Source: an uncultured bacterium (GTDB lineage Bacteria; Planctomycetota; UBA1135; GCA-002686595). Taken from it: a stretch of DNA of 64,000 bases. The DNA is taken from positions 96,001 to 160,000 of the forward strand of contig CALSNU010000003.1 of NCBI GenBank assembly GCA_943787795.1. Direction: 5' to 3'. Positions 58,759-64,000 of this stretch are shown here, piece by piece; the first letter of the stretch is position 1; each line of letters begins with the position of its first letter. The notes under the pieces were generated by a model, which was not told the DNA's origin, made no database searches, and saw only the letters and a list, made by a program, of their open reading frames with translations. Both the position numbers and the translations under genes were made by a program.

Positions 58759-59805
58759 ATGACGCGCGCTGTTTGCCTCTTCACCGGTCAGTGGGCCGAC
58801 CTCTCTCTCGAGATCCTCCTTCCCAAGGTCAAGGCCATGGGCTTCGACGGCGTCGAGCTCGCGTGCTGGGGTGATCACTTCGAGGTCCAGCGGGCCCTCG
58901 CGGAGGACGATTACTGCGCCAAGAAGTGGGAGCTCCTGGAGGCCCACGGGATGGCCTGCTACGCCATCTCGACGCACCTTGTGGGTCAGGCCGTCTGCGA
59001 TCGGATCGACGAGCGCCACGAGTCGATCCTCCCCCCCGAGGTCTGGGGAGACGGCGATCCCGACGGTGTCCGCGCGCGGGCGACCGAAGAGGTCAAGGAC
59101 ACCGCGCGTGCGGCTCGCCGGTTCTTCGACGCGGCGCCCCAGCACGTCAAGGACCGCATGGCGCGGCCCGGCAAGGCGGTGGTGAATGGGTTCACGGGAT
59201 CAGGCATCTGGCACCTGCTGTACTCCTTCCCGCCGGTTCCCAAGGAGGCCATCGACGCGGGCTTCAAGGCCTTCGCCGACGCGTGGAAGCCGATCATGGA
59301 CGTGTTCCAGGAGCACGACGTGCTGTTCGCGCTCGAGGTGCACCCCACGGAGATCGCCTTCGACATCGCGTCCACCCGGCGCGCCTTCGAGGCCATCGAT
59401 CACCACCCCGCGTTCGGGCTCAACTACGACCCCAGCCACTTCGGGTACCAGCGCGTGGACTACCTCGCGTTCCTGGACGAGTTCGCGGACAAGATCCACA
59501 ACTGTCACATGAAGGACGTGTGGTGGTCGGACCAACTCGGGGAGGCCGGCGTCTTTGGCGGGCACACCGACTTCGGCGCCCCGGAGCGCACCTGGGACTT
59601 CCGCAGCATCGGCCGCGGCAGCGTGGACTTCGAGGGGATCATCCGCCGGCTCAACCGCATGGACTACCGGGGTCCGCTCTCGGTGGAGTGGGAGGACGGC
59701 GGCATGGACCGCGAGCACGGCGCCACCGAGTCGGCGGCGTTCCTGCGCAAGCTCGACTTCGAGCCCTCGGCCCGTGCCTTTGACTCGGCGTTTTCGGAGG
59801 ATTGA
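58759..59805 (+). CDS. Sugar phosphate isomerase/epimerase-like TIM barrel (AP_endonuc_2 family)
   Basis: [52 protein letters not shown]. Confidence 0.9.
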   Translation: MTRAVCLFTGQWADLSLEILLPKVKAMGFDGVELACWGDHFEVQRALAEDDYCAKKWELLEAHGMACYAISTHLVGQAVCDRIDERHESILPPEVWGDGDPDGVRARATEEVKDTARAARRFFDAAPQHVKDRMARPGKAVVNGFTGSGIWHLLYSFPPVPKEAIDAGFKAFADAWKPIMDVFQEHDVLFALEVHPTEIAFDIASTRRAFEAIDHHPAFGLNYDPSHFGYQRVDYLAFLDEFADKIHNCHMKDVWWSDQLGEAGVFGGHTDFGAPERTWDFRSIGRGSVDFEGIIRRLNRMDYRGPLSVEWEDGGMDREHGATESAAFLRKLDFEPSARAFDSAFSED

Positions 59806-59882
59806 CCCCGACCGCGGATTGACCCAGGCCGCCCAGACCGTCCCGGCCACCTCGAGCTCCACGTCCCTTCCCCAGATCTTCG

Positions 59883-61187
59883 ATGAGTGACTCCACCGCC
59901 GCCCCGCTCTCATCCAGCTTGAGGACCCGCCTCTCGCTGATGATGTTCCTCCAGTACGCGATCTGGGGGGCCTGGCTCCCGTTCCTCTGGAGCTTCCTCG
60001 CCGACTATCGGGGCATGGAAGGGGCAGAGATCGGCAACATGTTTGCCTTCGGCGCGGTGGGGGCCATCGTCGGGCCGATCATCTTCGGCCCGCTCGCGGA
60101 TCGCTTCGTCTCCACGGAGAAGCTCCTCGCCGTGAGCCACCTGATCGGGGCCGTGCTGGTGTGGCGCATGGCGGAGATCCCCACGGATCAGTTCTGGCTG
60201 TACGCCCTGCTCTACGGGCTCTTCTATATGCCGACCCTGTCGCTGACGAACAGCCTGGCCTTCGCGCACCTGCCGGATCGCGAGCGGGACTTCGGCAAGG
60301 TCCGGCTCTGGGGCACGCTCGGTTGGATCGCGGTGGGCCTCGCCATGGGCCACTGGCTCGCGAGCCAGCACACGCCGGTGGACGCGAGCGCCCAGGAAGT
60401 GCTGCTCGCCCAGGCCGAGGGTAAGGGCGACGCCTTCCGGCTCTCGGGGATCCTGGGGGCGGTAATGGCTGCCTTCTGCTTCTTCCTCCCGAAGACGCCT
60501 CCGGCGGGCTCTGCCGAGAAGAACCCTGCCCTCGCGGCGCTCGGCGCCGTGAAGGCGCAGCCGCTCCTGACGCTCTTCCTGCTCGCCGTCCCGGTCAGCA
60601 TCATCCACCAGTTCTACTTCGTCCACACCGAGCCCTTCCTCGGGGCCCAGCAGGTCGCCGCGCCCGAGTGGTCGAAGGCGATCTTCGGCGCGGGGGGCGG
60701 CGGCGTCATGACCGTCGGGCAGATGAGCGAGACGCTCGTGCTCGGCCTCGTCCCGCTGCTGATCGCGAGGGGCCTCTCCAAGAAGACCCTGCTGGGGTTA
60801 GGGCTCGTGGCCTACGCCCTGCGAATGGCGCTCTTCGCCCACGTGGACGCGATCCCGCTGCCCCCGGCCCTGACGCTCATCCTGGGGGTCGCGCTGCACG
60901 GCTTTTGCTTCGGCTGCTTCATCTTCGTCTCGTTCATGGTGGTGGACGAGTACACGAACCACGAGGTGCGGGCCAGCGCTCAGAACCTCTACAACCTCGT
61001 CATCGTCGGGATCGGCGTCATCGTCGGCAGCATCATCGCAGGCAAGATCTCGGAGTGGGCGACCACGGACGGCGTCCTCGACTACACCCGGCTGTTCTCG
61101 GTCCCGATGTACGCCGCGCTCGCGTGCCTGTTCTTGCTCGTGGCGCTGTACCCGAGGGCCTCGGCGCTCCCCCCGTCCGCGGACTGA
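59883..61187 (+). CDS. MFS transporter, nucleoside:H+ symporter (NupG/YegT) family
   Basis: LSLMMFLQYAIWGAW, YMPTLSLTNSLAF, VRLWGTLGWI, GQMSE, LHGFCFG. Confidence 0.9.
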   Translation: MSDSTAAPLSSSLRTRLSLMMFLQYAIWGAWLPFLWSFLADYRGMEGAEIGNMFAFGAVGAIVGPIIFGPLADRFVSTEKLLAVSHLIGAVLVWRMAEIPTDQFWLYALLYGLFYMPTLSLTNSLAFAHLPDRERDFGKVRLWGTLGWIAVGLAMGHWLASQHTPVDASAQEVLLAQAEGKGDAFRLSGILGAVMAAFCFFLPKTPPAGSAEKNPALAALGAVKAQPLLTLFLLAVPVSIIHQFYFVHTEPFLGAQQVAAPEWSKAIFGAGGGGVMTVGQMSETLVLGLVPLLIARGLSKKTLLGLGLVAYALRMALFAHVDAIPLPPALTLILGVALHGFCFGCFIFVSFMVVDEYTNHEVRASAQNLYNLVIVGIGVIVGSIIAGKISEWATTDGVLDYTRLFSVPMYAALACLFLLVALYPRASALPPSAD

Positions 61188-61203
61188 CGGAGCACCCCGC
61201 CAC

Positions 61204-61668
61204 ATGACCCCTCGCCTCGAACGGCTCTTCGGTGAGTACCACGCGTACCACCGTGATCCTGTGAACGTGGCGATCCACAAGGTCGCGGTGCCGGCGATCC
61301 TGTTCCAGATCGTGGCGATGCTGGACTGGATCTCTCTCCCGGTTCGAGTGGCGGGGGTGCCCCTGGGCCTCGGCCTGGTGGCGGCGGTGGTCGTGGGAGC
61401 CTGGTACCTCTTCGTATGTCCTCGGTATGCCGCGGTCCTCGTGCCCTTCGCCATCGGGTGCGCAGTCGTCGGACGCATGGTGCCGAGGCCGGTGGTGGTG
61501 GGCGTCGCAGCGGTGGCCTGGACGGCCCAGTTCGTGGGGCACACCCGCTTCGAGCGGCGGGCGCCCGCCTTCACGGACAACCTCGTGCAGCTCCTCGTCG
61601 GCCCCGCCTACGTGGTGGCGCTGATGATGGGGGACTGGCCCCCGGCGGGCGAGCGAGACGTCGGCTGA
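61204..61668 (+). CDS. DUF962/Mpo1-like membrane protein
   Basis: YHAYHRDPVNVAIH..AVP and QFVGHTRFERRAPAF.DNL motifs. Confidence 0.85.
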   Translation: MTPRLERLFGEYHAYHRDPVNVAIHKVAVPAILFQIVAMLDWISLPVRVAGVPLGLGLVAAVVVGAWYLFVCPRYAAVLVPFAIGCAVVGRMVPRPVVVGVAAVAWTAQFVGHTRFERRAPAFTDNLVQLLVGPAYVVALMMGDWPPAGERDVG

Positions 61669-61761
61669 CGCCAGCGCGATTCCGACCGTCACCGGGGGCA
61701 GCGAGGCGAGTAGATTGGGCGCCCACGATTCGCGCCCTTCCGGCCCCATCGCTCCCCACCC

Positions 61762-64000
61762 ATGACGCGCTCGCTCCTCGCTCCCCTCGGCCTCGGCGCC
61801 GCCTCGCTCGTCCTCCTCGCCGCGCTGGGTGCGGCGGGCGCTCCGTCCGCCCAGGAGTCCGGGACCTTCCGGGCCGCGCTCCAGAAGGCCGAGCGAGCGG
61901 CCTCCTCGGAGCGCTGGGACGTGGCGGAAGCCTCCTGCGTGCGCGCGCTCGAGCGGGACCGCAAGAACGCAGATGCCTGGGCGCTGCGAGCCCGGGTCGC
62001 CGCCGGCTCGGGCGACGTGGACCTGCAGGTCTACTGCCTCCACCAGGAGCTCCGCTATCTGGAGGCCCAGGGCGCCAAGAAGTCGGCGCTCGCCGATCGA
62101 ATGGCGCAGCTGGAGGCGCTGGACCCGATCGCCGAGGAGCTCTACGACCTGCGCTCCCGCTTCTCCAAGAAGTTCACCAAGGTCGCCCAGGCCTACGAGA
62201 AGGACGACCGCCCCCACGGGGCCATCCGCGTCTGGAAGGAGGTCCTCGCCCTCGACCCCGAGAGCGGTCCCGCCGCCGAGGCCATCGACCGCATCGCGTC
62301 TGCGCCGGATCCGAGCCTGGCGGGTGACGCGAAGCCCAAGGACCTCTTCGGGGATGTGACGGACGAGTGGATCGCCGAGTACGACGCGGAGCACCTCGAG
62401 TGGGAGGACGCGGGACGCGTCGAACGGGACAACTACGTCACCGTGACCAACGCGGGCTACGAGGTGCTCATTCGCACCGCGGAGGCCATGGAGCAGATGT
62501 CGGCCTTCTACAAGCAGTTCTTCCGCTACGGCACGCCCGAAGACGGTCGCAGCGTCTCGCGCATCCAGGTCAACGTCTTCAGGACCCGCGACGAGTACCT
62601 TGAGAAGGGCATCGGCCCGCCCGTGGAGTGGTCCGGCGGTCACTACACCGGGAGCCACGTGGAGTGCTTCATCGGCGACGGCGGGTTCGAGGGCATGGTC
62701 GGCACGCTCTTCCACGAGGCGGCGCACCAGTACGTGTCCATCGCCACCAACGCGGTGGGCTGGCTGAACGAGGGGCTCGCGTCCTTCTTCGAGGGCACAC
62801 GGATCCTGCCCAACGGGGCGGTGCTCATGAACGAGCCCGCCGACGGCCGCCTCTTCCCGCTCGCCGAGCGCATGGAGAAGGGCTGGATGGAGCACGCCCA
62901 GGACGGGTACGACCCCAACGACTCCAGCTCCACTCCGGAGAAGGCGCCCACCTGGGCCATCGTCCTGGAGAACAGCTACTCCTGGGGGCCGCCGTGGTAC
63001 GCGCCCACCTGGGGCGTGGTGTTCTTCTGCTACAACTTCCAGGACCCTGTCGACGGCCGCTTCGTCTATCGCGACGCCTTCTGGGAGTACGTGGACAAGT
63101 CCGGCGGCAAGGTCGGCAAGACCGCCATCAACACCTTCGAGGAGGTGGTGCTCGCGAGCCCCAAGGCGCCCTACAAGGACCTCAAGGGGAAGAAGCTCGA
63201 GCGCCCTGATGGCGACGACTTCGTGCTGCCGACCACGGTGGTCGAGCTGGACGCCATCTGGAAGGAGTGGATCGTCAACCTGCGGGACGAGCGCTCGGGC
63301 AAGCTCGAGCGCGCGCGGCCCTACGGGGACTGGGCCCGGCTCGCGGCGGCCAACGGCGACGCCCTCTCTGCCAAGGAGCACTTCGAGAAGGGCGTCGTGG
63401 CGAACCCCGCGGACGTGGAGCTGGCCTTCGACTTCGCCGGGCACCTCTCCGAGGCCTTCGACGAGAAGGACCGCGCCGCCAAGGTCGTGATGGACGCCCT
63501 GCGCATGCTCGAGGCGGATCCCGTCCCCGACGCCAAGCGCATCGCCCGCGGAGAGCGGCTGCTGGCGCAGCTCGACCCCAAGCGCCGCACCCTGACCCGC
63601 ACCCGGGACGAGCTCGGGGAGGCGGCGCGCTCCCTGGTGCTCTCCTACGCCGAGGCCGCGCGCCCGGCCATGGTGCAGGACATCGCCTGGCGCTTCGGAT
63701 CGGAGTTCGGGCTGCTCGACCTCTTCGATTCCTACGAGGAAGCGGTCATCGCGCGGGGCAGCGACATGGCCATCTGGGACCTCGCCTACAACGAGCGGAA
63801 TCTCGAGGGCTGGACCGTAGGCAACAACGTGTTCCAGCCCGACAGCATCCGGCTCGTGGCGGACAACGGCGGCTTCGACGCCGACAACTTCGACTTCAAG
63901 ATGCTGACCCTCGACCGGGTGACCGCGGGGGACTTCTCGATCCAGGCGGAGATGCTGGCGGAGGAGGGGACCGCGGCCTTCAGCGGCTTCGTCTTCGGCG
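61762..64000 (+). CDS. Large secreted TPR + HEXXH zinc-metallopeptidase-like (DUF1570-like) protein, 3'-truncated; absent from the ORF track
   Basis: ATG at 61762 with signal peptide MTRSLLAPLGLGAASLVLLAALG; open to the window end; LFHEAAHQY at about 62707-62733 and WLNEGLASFFE at 62761. Confidence 0.82.
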   Translation, partial: MTRSLLAPLGLGAASLVLLAALGAAGAPSAQESGTFRAALQKAERAASSERWDVAEASCVRALERDRKNADAWALRARVAAGSGDVDLQVYCLHQELRYLEAQGAKKSALADRMAQLEALDPIAEELYDLRSRFSKKFTKVAQAYEKDDRPHGAIRVWKEVLALDPESGPAAEAIDRIASAPDPSLAGDAKPKDLFGDVTDEWIAEYDAEHLEWEDAGRVERDNYVTVTNAGYEVLIRTAEAMEQMSAFYKQFFRYGTPEDGRSVSRIQVNVFRTRDEYLEKGIGPPVEWSGGHYTGSHVECFIGDGGFEGMVGTLFHEAAHQYVSIATNAVGWLNEGLASFFEGTRILPNGAVLMNEPADGRLFPLAERMEKGWMEHAQDGYDPNDSSSTPEKAPTWAIVLENSYSWGPPWYAPTWGVVFFCYNFQDPVDGRFVYRDAFWEYVDKSGGKVGKTAINTFEEVVLASPKAPYKDLKGKKLERPDGDDFVLPTTVVELDAIWKEWIVNLRDERSGKLERARPYGDWARLAAANGDALSAKEHFEKGVVANPADVELAFDFAGHLSEAFDEKDRAAKVVMDALRMLEADPVPDAKRIARGERLLAQLDPKRRTLTRTRDELGEAARSLVLSYAEAARPAMVQDIAWRFGSEFGLLDLFDSYEEAVIARGSDMAIWDLAYNERNLEGWTVGNNVFQPDSIRLVADNGGFDADNFDFKMLTLDRVTAGDFSIQAEMLAEEGTAAFSGFVFG

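Noticed and set aside
61033..63444. 803-aa minus-strand ORF
   Set aside because: Antisense shadow of the plus-strand HEXXH gene; GC3 bias suppresses stops on the opposite strand. The same applies to 2601..4208, 15890..17488, 38737..40542, 41605..42951 and similar ORFs.

Overview
GC-rich, gene-dense bacterial chromosomal window with about 55 CDS and one tRNA-His(GTG). No rRNA, CRISPR array, integrase, transposase or prophage was recognisable. Gene content suggests a Planctomycetota genome, possibly an OM190/'Saltatorellus'-like lineage (inference, not verified): many HEAT-repeat envelope proteins, an ECF sigma/zf-HC2 anti-sigma pair, DUF58/BatA/VWA proteins, a sulfatase, McsB, and a secreted protein with a C-terminal 'NSTG...FQYWFRD' domain. 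Recognised genes include pilB, pilC, a HAMP histidine kinase, two CNNM/CBS proteins, yraN, yajC, mnmA, a phosphomannomutase, arginase, an SLC13 permease, mcsB, two GT4 glycosyltransferases, a GAF-PP2C phosphatase, a STAS protein, NhaC, asnS, an SGNH esterase, a ThiF/MoeB-like enzyme, an HDOD protein, a VOC protein, a cytochrome b562-like protein, a Gfo/Idh/MocA-TIM barrel-nucleoside MFS sugar cluster and an Mpo1/DUF962 protein. A large HEXXH protein running off the right edge is missing from the ORF track. Four genes are split by single extra bases in C/G runs, probably assembly errors; the repaired frames are reported. Best candidates for undescribed systems: (1) an ECF sigma + anti-sigma + internally duplicated secretin-like protein operon; (2) a STAS-PilZ-like fusion facing a GAF-PP2C-DUF58-BatA operon; (3) a head-to-head pair of motif-degenerate enzymes (GmhB-like HAD and GT4); (4) a ~1069-aa DUF4388 transmembrane protein; (5) a levoglucosan-dehydrogenase-like glycoside oxidation/elimination cluster. 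All family assignments come from motif recognition by eye; no searches were run.
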